56,480 bases of DNA from a virus (taxonomy: Duplodnaviria; Caudoviricetes), in the IMG/VR virus record IMGVR_UViG_3300022200_000053, positions 1-56,480 of that record. One strand, 5' to 3'. The translations under genes were made by a program, and so were the position numbers. This document shows positions 36,503-44,061 of this stretch, one piece after another (the first letter of the stretch is position 1; every line of letters starts with the position of its first letter). Below the pieces are notes generated by a model, which was given only the letters and a program-made list of their open reading frames with translations, searched no databases and had not been told where the DNA came from.

Positions 36503-36728
36503 TCAGTTCACTCTCCTTTACGAGGATGAGCACACCAAAGTTCTTTATGAATTTAAAGGTGTTGTTGCAGATGATGTCATTACGCACATCATTGATTTCT
36601 TAAAAGGCTGTGGCTATTGCGAGCACTCTATTTATTCAGTGATGCAAGATGCAGCCGAAGCTTATTTTGAAGCTCAGCAACCATTAAGATTTCCTGCACA
36701 ACAGGATGATCTCATTGGTCTCGACTGA
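36486..36728 (+). CDS. Hypothetical protein
   Basis: DFLKGCGY motif common in phage hypothetical proteins. Confidence 0.65.
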   Translation: MTPTHDQFTLLYEDEHTKVLYEFKGVVADDVITHIIDFLKGCGYCEHSIYSVMQDAAEAYFEAQQPLRFPAQQDDLIGLD

Positions 36729-36733
36729 TAATA

Positions 36734-36761
36734 CGTCCTGGGCATGACGTTAAACTGCCCA
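36734..36761 (+). repeat. Family C pseudoknot 5
   Basis: CGTC-CT-GGGCA-T-GACG-TTAAAC-TGCCC. Confidence 0.9.
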
Positions 36762-36782
36762 TCACCAAACTACGAACAGACT

Positions 36783-37802
36783 ATGACCAGCTCCGTGACT
36801 ACTAAGAAAAACACTTCGCTTGCAACACGTGGCCTTGATTCCTTCAAGCTTTTTCAATCCAAAGAATTTGTCTCGGGATACCAAAATCTCGTTACCATCC
36901 AGCCACTCAATAAGTCCAAGGTACGGGGTTGGTTCGTGCGGAAGTCAGACCTTGACACTTGTGGATGGAGTGCCACTGAAGATCAATTTGCTGACGGTTC
37001 TGTTCTCTGGAACTACAAGCAAACTTTTGGTATGGCTCCCAATACTTCAGTGGAAGAAGGGCTCAATTTCGTTGAGCCTCGCATTCAAATCCTTTTACGT
37101 TCTCCCCTCATGGTTGAGGAGACCACCGGGATGCGACAAGTGATTGGCACCTTTGATGACCCAGAGGTGAAACAGATGTTTGAGAACGATAAGGTTGCGG
37201 CTGATCTCTCCAACAGCAAAGGTGAGATGTATAAGCGTAAGTATGGTGTGCGTACTAAGTATCTGGTCTACATTCTGACCAAGGACAATAAGCGTGCACA
37301 TAAGATCCCGATGGTGCTTACTATCAAGGGGCTAAACGGTACAGACATCTCGGACAAGATCAAACTATACGAGAAGGAAATGTCCAAGTGCCTTAGCAAA
37401 GCACTGGATTCTGAAGTGCCTCTGGCATTCAACGAAAAGTTTTATGCCACCACAGTGTTTGCTCCTGTGCTTGCTAATGAGATGCGTGGTGCAAACAACG
37501 TTGAGATCTGTGCTATCGAATCGTTCGAGATCCCTGATTATTCAACGCAAGAAGCTGCGATCGAATCGCTGAGTCGTCTTTCGATCCCCGATGAAGATCG
37601 TGAGTCTACCTGGAAGTATCAAGATATGTTCCAGGACTACATCAACATCCATGCTAAGCAGGATGCAGACAAGCTTGGTGGTGCCTATGGCATCAAGCAA
37701 GGTGTTGAGATTTTGCCCGTGGCTCGCTCCACGGATGCAGTTGACGTGAAAGCACTGCCTGCCCGTGATCCCCTGACTGGAGAGGACGATTCACTCCTCT
37801 GA
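36783..37802 (+). CDS. Hypothetical replication/recombination-module protein
   Basis: About 339 aa with an acidic tail, near SSB; function not established. Confidence 0.65.
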   Translation: MTSSVTTKKNTSLATRGLDSFKLFQSKEFVSGYQNLVTIQPLNKSKVRGWFVRKSDLDTCGWSATEDQFADGSVLWNYKQTFGMAPNTSVEEGLNFVEPRIQILLRSPLMVEETTGMRQVIGTFDDPEVKQMFENDKVAADLSNSKGEMYKRKYGVRTKYLVYILTKDNKRAHKIPMVLTIKGLNGTDISDKIKLYEKEMSKCLSKALDSEVPLAFNEKFYATTVFAPVLANEMRGANNVEICAIESFEIPDYSTQEAAIESLSRLSIPDEDRESTWKYQDMFQDYINIHAKQDADKLGGAYGIKQGVEILPVARSTDAVDVKALPARDPLTGEDDSLL

Positions 37803-38012
37803 TTGAGCTGGGAGCTGATGTGAGAATTGTCCTTGCATCAGCTCCATTGCATCTTTGACCAATCCTTTAATTGCAATCTGCCGTGTTGCTGCGATCTTCG
37901 TAAGCAGCACGGCCATTTCTTTTACTTCTTCCAGGGAGGTAGATTCATTGATGGATCGAATAGTTTTTTCTTGCCAGAACAGATCTTCTGGTGACATTTC
38001 AAATTTGAGCAT
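37791..38012 (-). CDS. nblA: NblA-like phycobilisome degradation protein
   Basis: Helix-loop-helix MSPEDLFWQEKTIRSI...SLEEVKEMAVLL resembles the NblA LSLEQQF...L pattern. Confidence 0.55.
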   Translation of the reverse strand: MLKFEMSPEDLFWQEKTIRSINESTSLEEVKEMAVLLTKIAATRQIAIKGLVKDAMELMQGQFSHQLPAQSEE

Positions 38013-38178
38013 GTTATTTAATTGTCTTTTGTTATTGTACTCGACCAGTTAAAACCATTTGAGATCTTTGTGTTGTGTTAAGAATTACACACAGACCGCG
38101 ACCTCCTCCCCTACACCCTGTTATGCTTGGTCGGTCGGCTGCACCAAGTATGCTTGACAACTCAACTCCATTCCAATC

Positions 38179-39117
38179 ATGTCCATCCAAACACAAACTG
38201 AACTCAACGCAGCGCAGGCGTCGATCTACTCGCAGACGAACATTACGCGTGCATACCAGGGCTTTGATGACACCGAGATTGCTGGCATTTATCTGCGAGG
38301 CGATCATTGTATTGTGGTGCGTCGCGATGGTAGTGAGCAGGCTTATGACCGTGAATTAATCAAGACCCAGTACAATACCTACACCTATCGACTGAAAGAT
38401 TTCTTTTCTTACCTTGGCCCTAATTATCGTGGCCCTAGTGTATGGCATAACAATGCTTACATTATGTTTAAGGGCTGGCATTACTCACACGCACTCGGAC
38501 ACTTGACATCCAATGCAAAACTTCAAGCTCACTGGGCTGACAAATTTATACATGTATCCGAACAACAAAAGCTTGTCCACCTGCTCCAGTCCGATCAGAC
38601 GGATCTTGGCCATCTGGTTGCACCAGACGGAATGCGGCTTCAGGGTCGGCCCATTGATCTTGACAGCGACATGGAAGGCGAACAGGCACCTGTCATGGGT
38701 GAACCTTGGTGTTCGTGTGGGTCGTATCAGCGTCAGCTCAGCAACTTATCTGACTTTGAGGCCGAAATCACAGGATTCAAACCCTGGTGCATCCACCTGA
38801 GCTGGTTCAACAAGTACCGTGAACTGCTGTGTAAACGCACCGAAGCACGGAACGCAAGCCCCAGTGGCACACCTGAGAAGTGCGTTGCCTGGTGGTTTGC
38901 TCCGCCTGCTGACCACATCAGCGATGGTCGTTTTGTACTTTTGTACACCAACTCAGGGGCACAAGCTCCACTGACTCACTGGCGTACCTACAAACCTAAG
39001 GAGATCTTTACGCAGCACGACGCATGGGATTTGTTCTTTAATATGTGTGATGCAGGCTACGTTCCATTCCCTGGTACTGCGCTGCCACAACTCAAGTCTG
39101 CTGTTAAGAAACAATGA
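38179..39117 (+). CDS. SWIM zinc-finger protein
   Basis: CSCGSY...WCIH (CxC...CxH). Confidence 0.7.
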   Translation: MSIQTQTELNAAQASIYSQTNITRAYQGFDDTEIAGIYLRGDHCIVVRRDGSEQAYDRELIKTQYNTYTYRLKDFFSYLGPNYRGPSVWHNNAYIMFKGWHYSHALGHLTSNAKLQAHWADKFIHVSEQQKLVHLLQSDQTDLGHLVAPDGMRLQGRPIDLDSDMEGEQAPVMGEPWCSCGSYQRQLSNLSDFEAEITGFKPWCIHLSWFNKYRELLCKRTEARNASPSGTPEKCVAWWFAPPADHISDGRFVLLYTNSGAQAPLTHWRTYKPKEIFTQHDAWDLFFNMCDAGYVPFPGTALPQLKSAVKKQ

Positions 39118-39362
39118 CACCTAAACTTGATTATGTTCTGATATCAGATTTGTATGATTACACTTTAGGCTTGGTATCAAAACCATTTACCCAAATGCAA
39201 TTGCACAACAGCAAGTACACCATGAACCTTGAAGTTGACGAAGACACCTACTGGGGTCTTGTTAAGCTAGGTGCAGAGATTAAAACCGACTGTGAAACCT
39301 ATGCAGAAAACGTACTCCTCGGCCATGTGCAATCCGAGTTCGATAAACAAACTGAAGATTGA
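39114..39362 (+). CDS. Hypothetical protein
   Basis: 82 aa. Confidence 0.5.
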   Translation: MTPKLDYVLISDLYDYTLGLVSKPFTQMQLHNSKYTMNLEVDEDTYWGLVKLGAEIKTDCETYAENVLLGHVQSEFDKQTED

Positions 39363-39516
39363 ATTCATCGAAGAAGATGATGGATCCGGTACCATCCACA
39401 TCGAGTGGGACGAGAAAGATCCAGATCTTCAATGGTGGACTGACCTTGGTGACGAAGGTCAAAAAACCTTTATACTTGATGCACTCCACAAAGCTTGTTC
39501 CAACCATGTCGATTGA
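39325..39516 (+). CDS. Hypothetical protein
   Basis: IEEDDGSGTIHIEWDEKDP motif. Confidence 0.55.
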   Translation: MCNPSSINKLKIEFIEEDDGSGTIHIEWDEKDPDLQWWTDLGDEGQKTFILDALHKACSNHVD

Positions 39517-39931
39517 CACCTACGGACTTTCAACAGAGCAGTACCAAGAGTTCTTTGAAGATAATGTTCGGTTTGCTGCTGAGCTTTATCTACAAACTTG
39601 CAACATCTTGACCACCAAAGGTGTTGGGAATGTGGACTTCAAAACAGTCCTTGATATGTACCAAGAATGCACCTATCAGACCAACGATGATTGTCGTCGC
39701 TACCAAAAAGCAAACAACCCTGAAGCCGTTAAGGATGATGTGTTGTTTGAATTGAGTCCTACCAGGCAAGAGCTTCTTCTGCGCATGGAATCTGTTGATG
39801 CCAAGATCGAAGCACTCACTGATTACATCTGTAAACTGACCGACTACATTAATAAACTGACTGAGATTGTAACTGCTGGTCTTAATGGCGTCACCGATGC
39901 CCTGGGTACCGACCAAACAGTGCTAGACTAA
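39506..39931 (+). CDS. Hypothetical protein
   Basis: Likely start is MSIDTYG; short LTDYI tandem repeat. Confidence 0.6.
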   Translation: MSIDTYGLSTEQYQEFFEDNVRFAAELYLQTCNILTTKGVGNVDFKTVLDMYQECTYQTNDDCRRYQKANNPEAVKDDVLFELSPTRQELLLRMESVDAKIEALTDYICKLTDYINKLTEIVTAGLNGVTDALGTDQTVLD

Positions 39932-39949
39932 TCACGTCTTCCAAGGGAC

Positions 39950-39977
39950 CGTCCTGAGTATGACGTAAAACTGCTCA
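39950..39977 (+). repeat. Family C pseudoknot 6
   Basis: CGTC-CT-GAGTA-T-GACG-TAAAAC-TGCTC. Confidence 0.9.
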
Positions 39978-39999
39978 CCACACCATCTCAACTTCAATC

Positions 40000-40113
40000 G
40001 TGTTTGAATCCTTGTTTGCCGCCGTACTTCCGGTAATGAAAGATTTGTTATGGGCAGCAGCAGGTATACTGCTGACCTATGCATTTAATAAGTACCAAGC
40101 TCACTTCAACTGA
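40000..40113 (+). CDS. 37-aa hydrophobic peptide (not in ORF track)
   Basis: GTG start after element C6 and a C/A-rich leader: VFESLFAAVLPVMKDLLWAAAGILLTYAF... Confidence 0.5.
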   Translation: MFESLFAAVLPVMKDLLWAAAGILLTYAFNKYQAHFN

Positions 40114-40121
40114 CTTGAACC

Positions 40122-40838
40122 ATGACAACTCAAATCACACAAGCTAAACTCAAAGATCTCAACATCATTAAACTCTACGAGCACTATGCTGCTCTCGAAA
40201 AGTCTCTGCCTCTTCTCACTCCTGAGTCCCAAGACCTGGCAAAAGCAGAGCTTGAAGCTTGTGCCAACCTACGCTCAGAGAAGGTTGATCGTATTCATTA
40301 CGCAATGGCTGCCCATGAGGACGCATTGGAGCGCATCAAGAAAGAAAGTGACCTCATCACCCAGTCCAAACGCCACCATGAAGCACAGCTCAAATCACTC
40401 AAAGGCCTGTTAAATTACTTGCGTCGGGTCCTTCCACTGGATTCGAACAAGATCACAGGTCGTAATTATCAGTTCACCCTTGTCAAAAAGAAGGATCTTA
40501 CCGTCGAGATCACCTCGGACCCAGAGTTTTGGCACACTGAGGAACGATCAAATTATTGCATTGAGGAAGAAGTCACAACAACCAAGCGAGTTGTGTTACG
40601 TTCAATGTCAGGAGAAGTTCTGTCCGACAGAACTGAACCCAAAACAACCACTAAAGTCCTCCCTAATCTCGATGCCATACGCAGCGCCTATCAAGAAGGC
40701 CAACAACTCCCCTCTGGAGTCAAGGTCATCCAAGAATATTCCGTCCGCACCAAACGAATCTTCGGAGAACCAAAGGTGGACTTGGTTCCATCCGAGTATC
40801 CAGGATTCGTTCTACCAGAAGATTCCAGCGCCGATTGA
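40122..40838 (+). CDS. Siphovirus Gp157-like protein
   Basis: EKVDRI...LERIKKE...LKSLKGLL...PNLDAIRSAYQEGQQLPSGV pattern. Confidence 0.7.
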   Translation: MTTQITQAKLKDLNIIKLYEHYAALEKSLPLLTPESQDLAKAELEACANLRSEKVDRIHYAMAAHEDALERIKKESDLITQSKRHHEAQLKSLKGLLNYLRRVLPLDSNKITGRNYQFTLVKKKDLTVEITSDPEFWHTEERSNYCIEEEVTTTKRVVLRSMSGEVLSDRTEPKTTTKVLPNLDAIRSAYQEGQQLPSGVKVIQEYSVRTKRIFGEPKVDLVPSEYPGFVLPEDSSAD

Positions 40839-41085
40839 TGTCGAGGATGCTCGTATCAAGATGAGCTGTCATGAGCACGCCCTCAAAGACTTTGATCTTC
40901 AGTTGGAGATGAATGGTCTGCAGATGGATATGCTCATGGATGGTGATCGTGTGTGCTCATACAAGATTGATGAGTACGACGAGCTGGAAGAGAAGAAGCT
41001 TAAGTTGCTTCTTGGTAAACGCTTCCATCAAAATGCTGCCAATGCATATTGGTATCACATCCAGCGAGAGAAAGCAGCTAAGTAA
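40672..41085 (+). CDS. Hypothetical protein
   Basis: C-terminal part looks genuinely coding; start uncertain and overlaps the Gp157-like gene. Confidence 0.5.
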   Translation: MPYAAPIKKANNSPLESRSSKNIPSAPNESSENQRWTWFHPSIQDSFYQKIPAPIDVEDARIKMSCHEHALKDFDLQLEMNGLQMDMLMDGDRVCSYKIDEYDELEEKKLKLLLGKRFHQNAANAYWYHIQREKAAK

Positions 41086-41088
41086 ACG

Positions 41089-41970
41089 CTATACAGGGGT
41101 ACCATAGTACCCCTTTTCAATTGGCTCACCCCATGTATTCCGACGTGTAAACACTGGTGTTTCTGTTAGCATCCATGAGGGTTTTTTTCTATCTACTTCT
41201 AATGCATTTTGTTGCGCTGCACTAATCTGTTTAACATGCGGCATTTTAATTTTTTGTAATCTTGATAAGCCTTGTTTTGCCATATCCAAAGCAGCCGCTG
41301 GATTGTTGTAGGTATTTGTCATGATATTAAATTCACCAACTTCATTTACTAAAGAACTAAATAACTGTGCTTCATCTGTTAAACCTGCAGCTGCTAAGCC
41401 ATTTCCAACATGATAAGCCAATGCACCGGCTTGTTCACTTGGTGTTTTAAGCTCAGTTGCTAATCCAAAATCAATTTGCATTGGGCGATTGGAAAGTTTG
41501 TTTACAAAAATATTCTCCATATGCCTATCATTAAGCATTACGTTGTTTAGTGCCAGGTGCGCTAGTTGTTTATGCGTATCTACTTGCGCCATTTGTTGTT
41601 GTGCTTTATTTAACTGATTATTTGCTTCAATGTGTTTTACAGCCCATTCTCCTCCTGTCCAATCAGGTTCTACCCAGTCGTTTACATCAACTCCTAAAGG
41701 TACGTAATTTTCTCTTAAGTCTTGCATTGCAATTGTTCCACCTGCATTAGAAACTGTTACTTCATTAATGCGCGGAGCTATGTTTAATTCTGCAGCACGA
41801 GCCTGTAAATTGGCCTCGTTTAAAATATTTGCAGGTGATTCTCCTAAAATTTCTTTTCGTACTACTCCGGGGGAATCAACATGAACTGTTCCGTATTGAC
41901 CGTGACCAATAAGTTCTTTTGCTTCTTTTGCAACTTTAGTTGCCATTAAAGCTTTAAGCTTATCAAACAT
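41089..41970 (-). CDS. Protein-kinase-like protein
   Basis: Gly-rich loop IGHGQYGTV, VRKE lysine, catalytic DRHMEN and IDFG. Confidence 0.8.
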   Translation of the reverse strand: MFDKLKALMATKVAKEAKELIGHGQYGTVHVDSPGVVRKEILGESPANILNEANLQARAAELNIAPRINEVTVSNAGGTIAMQDLRENYVPLGVDVNDWVEPDWTGGEWAVKHIEANNQLNKAQQQMAQVDTHKQLAHLALNNVMLNDRHMENIFVNKLSNRPMQIDFGLATELKTPSEQAGALAYHVGNGLAAAGLTDEAQLFSSLVNEVGEFNIMTNTYNNPAAALDMAKQGLSRLQKIKMPHVKQISAAQQNALEVDRKKPSWMLTETPVFTRRNTWGEPIEKGYYGTPV

Positions 41971-42029
41971 TTTTCTTTTATTTACAAGTCTATGATGAGT
42001 TAAACTAGAAGTACTAGCACAGGAGTCTC

Positions 42030-42293
42030 ATGAACGGTGATGCAGCCCTTAATAAGTTGATTGCTGGGTTCACCAATGATGGGACTCCTCTTTCTGCAAC
42101 GATCGGTTCCAAGATGGAACATGGTGTTGTCATCTTGACAGCCGCCATGCTTGCTAATGAAAACCTTGCATCATCCATGGATCCAACTGAGATGGTTGAT
42201 GCTGCCATCAGTTATTACCAGATCATCCAAGAACGGCTGGGCTACTACCAGCAAAACCAAACAAATTCCCTAGAACGCTTGATCAATAAGTAA
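42030..42293 (+). CDS. Hypothetical protein
   Basis: 87 aa with an AGGAG RBS. Confidence 0.65.
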   Translation: MNGDAALNKLIAGFTNDGTPLSATIGSKMEHGVVILTAAMLANENLASSMDPTEMVDAAISYYQIIQERLGYYQQNQTNSLERLINK

Positions 42294-42328
42294 AGACTGC
42301 TAGCCTGATCAAGCCAATACATACACAG

Positions 42329-42523
42329 ATGGACACCGTTCCTGTTCCCAAGCTCACCTTGTCTTTTGAGGTGGATATTGAAATTGAGCACAACTCTTTT
42401 TCCGGGAAAACACCTGAGGAGATTGCCGACTCTCTTCAAGATGAAATCCATGATATGGTCTTTGAGCTTAACCAGGTCATTGGTATGACTTCCTCCCTGA
42501 CTGGCATTGCATCCAACGACTGA
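42329..42523 (+). CDS. Hypothetical protein
   Basis: 64 aa. Confidence 0.55.
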   Translation: MDTVPVPKLTLSFEVDIEIEHNSFSGKTPEEIADSLQDEIHDMVFELNQVIGMTSSLTGIASND

Positions 42524-42776
42524 CATGATGAATACTGACTACCTTGCCGGCTGGGATGTAGCATCTGAGCAACGCAAAGCAGATTTCATGGAGCATATGT
42601 ATCAATGCTCTGGTCGTCACCAAGGGCCTCCTGGAGTCAAAGGTCTGTACACCGGGTTGTGGGAAGAGTTTTGCATCCGCGAAGCTGGTCCAGCCATGCG
42701 CGACAAGTGGTTTGAGATGATGGAAGCAGTCCGTCTCTATGAAGAAGGTAAGCTGCAACCTGTGACTATGTCTTAA
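42507..42776 (+). CDS. Hypothetical protein
   Basis: RKADFMEHMY...GLYTGLWEEF. Confidence 0.6.
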   Translation: MHPTTDMMNTDYLAGWDVASEQRKADFMEHMYQCSGRHQGPPGVKGLYTGLWEEFCIREAGPAMRDKWFEMMEAVRLYEEGKLQPVTMS

Positions 42777-42804
42777 GGTTTACATTGAACACACTTCTGG
42801 TCTT

Positions 42805-42835
42805 GGACGTGCCACACTAGTGGTACGTCCTTTTT
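42805..42835 (+). terminator. Probable Rho-independent terminator
   Basis: GGACGTGCCAC-ACTA-GTGGTACGTCC followed by TTTTT. Confidence 0.7.
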
Positions 42836-42841
42836 ATTCAG

Positions 42842-43180
42842 ATGGATCTCACCGACAAACCAATGGAAGCCATCGAGCAATGGCAAGACTGGTACCGTAA
42901 ACACAAAGTGGTAGCGGAGATTGATGAGCCTCTTGTTACCAAGGATTCACGTGAAGCGTTGCATGACACGCAACACGCTGTCAATACATACACAAAAGCG
43001 CGTTGGATGAAAAAAGCACAAGAGCATTTTGCAGATACCATCTGTGAATTCACTAATGAACTCACAGGACAAGATCTCTATAAGGCCTTTTATGCTGCGG
43101 CAATAGAAAATTTAAATATTGCAGCAAAAGAATACGCCAAAGCAAAAAGTCTTGTTGACTGTCTTAAAGGATTGAAGTGA
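42842..43180 (+). CDS. Hypothetical protein
   Basis: 112 aa. Confidence 0.6.
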   Translation: MDLTDKPMEAIEQWQDWYRKHKVVAEIDEPLVTKDSREALHDTQHAVNTYTKARWMKKAQEHFADTICEFTNELTGQDLYKAFYAAAIENLNIAAKEYAKAKSLVDCLKGLK

Positions 43181-43419
43181 TGGGACGCACCAAAGAAGCC
43201 GGTTATCCTCAATGGATTTGTCACGGATGTGGCGAAGCTTATGGCTCTTGGTATAAAAGAGGAAACTACATTGGTCCCCCGCATCATTGTGCTACTTATC
43301 ACCAAGGATCCTGTGACTTATGTGGTGCATTAGATGTGTTGGTTACAGAGCCCAGGGACTATGGACATCTAAAGGCTAGTTGGAGGAGAGATCTACTTAA
43401 AGATCAAGTATCTTCTTGA
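43177..43419 (+). CDS. Small zinc-finger protein
   Basis: WICHGCG...CDLCG...VTEPRDYG. Confidence 0.65.
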   Translation: MMGRTKEAGYPQWICHGCGEAYGSWYKRGNYIGPPHHCATYHQGSCDLCGALDVLVTEPRDYGHLKASWRRDLLKDQVSS

Positions 43420-43509
43420 TCTTTGGTTGTTAAACCAATGGGATGCAGCAAGTGGCACTGCTCAAGTAACAGATTACGTTTGATAAACTAAATACATCGC
43501 TAATGTTCT

Positions 43510-44061
43510 ATGTATACCCCAGGTCATGGTCGGCTACCGCAAACTCAACCCCCTGTTGCACAAGAGGCTCCGCAACAACAGGCAAAGCCTAAAGCGCCTG
43601 GTAAATCAAAGAATGGTGATGTCGGGGCCTTTATCCAGCAATGCATCTCTCTCTGTTCCTATCTCAAGGAACTTCAAACACAATCCCATCTCATTCACCT
43701 GAACCACGAGGGGGCGAACTTCCTCGGGGTGCATGCATTCCTTAAAGACCAGTACGAAGCTCATCTGACGCAGTTCGATACGCTGGGTGAATTTATTCGC
43801 AGCATGGACTACCTGATGCCCATGTGCGCCAAGGGACTAGCTGATGCCGGTCCTGGTATCCAGCATGTTACCAGCTACAAAGGAACGGATCAACTCGCTA
43901 CGTACTATAAGAATCTGGAGGAGCTAGGCATGAAAGCCAAGAAGCTGGAGCCCATTGCTGCCAAGGTAGGTGCTATTGACATCCAGAACTACCTAAGCGA
44001 TTTGTGTGGCCAAGCATTTAAGGCTGCTTGGTTTATTAAAGCTACGTTGCGGACTAACTAA
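43510..44061 (+). CDS. dps: Dps/ferritin-like DNA-protection protein
   Basis: HLIHLNHEGANFLGVHAFLKDQY...DTLGEFIR matches the Dps ferroxidase-site pattern. Confidence 0.85.
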   Translation: MYTPGHGRLPQTQPPVAQEAPQQQAKPKAPGKSKNGDVGAFIQQCISLCSYLKELQTQSHLIHLNHEGANFLGVHAFLKDQYEAHLTQFDTLGEFIRSMDYLMPMCAKGLADAGPGIQHVTSYKGTDQLATYYKNLEELGMKAKKLEPIAAKVGAIDIQNYLSDLCGQAFKAAWFIKATLRTN

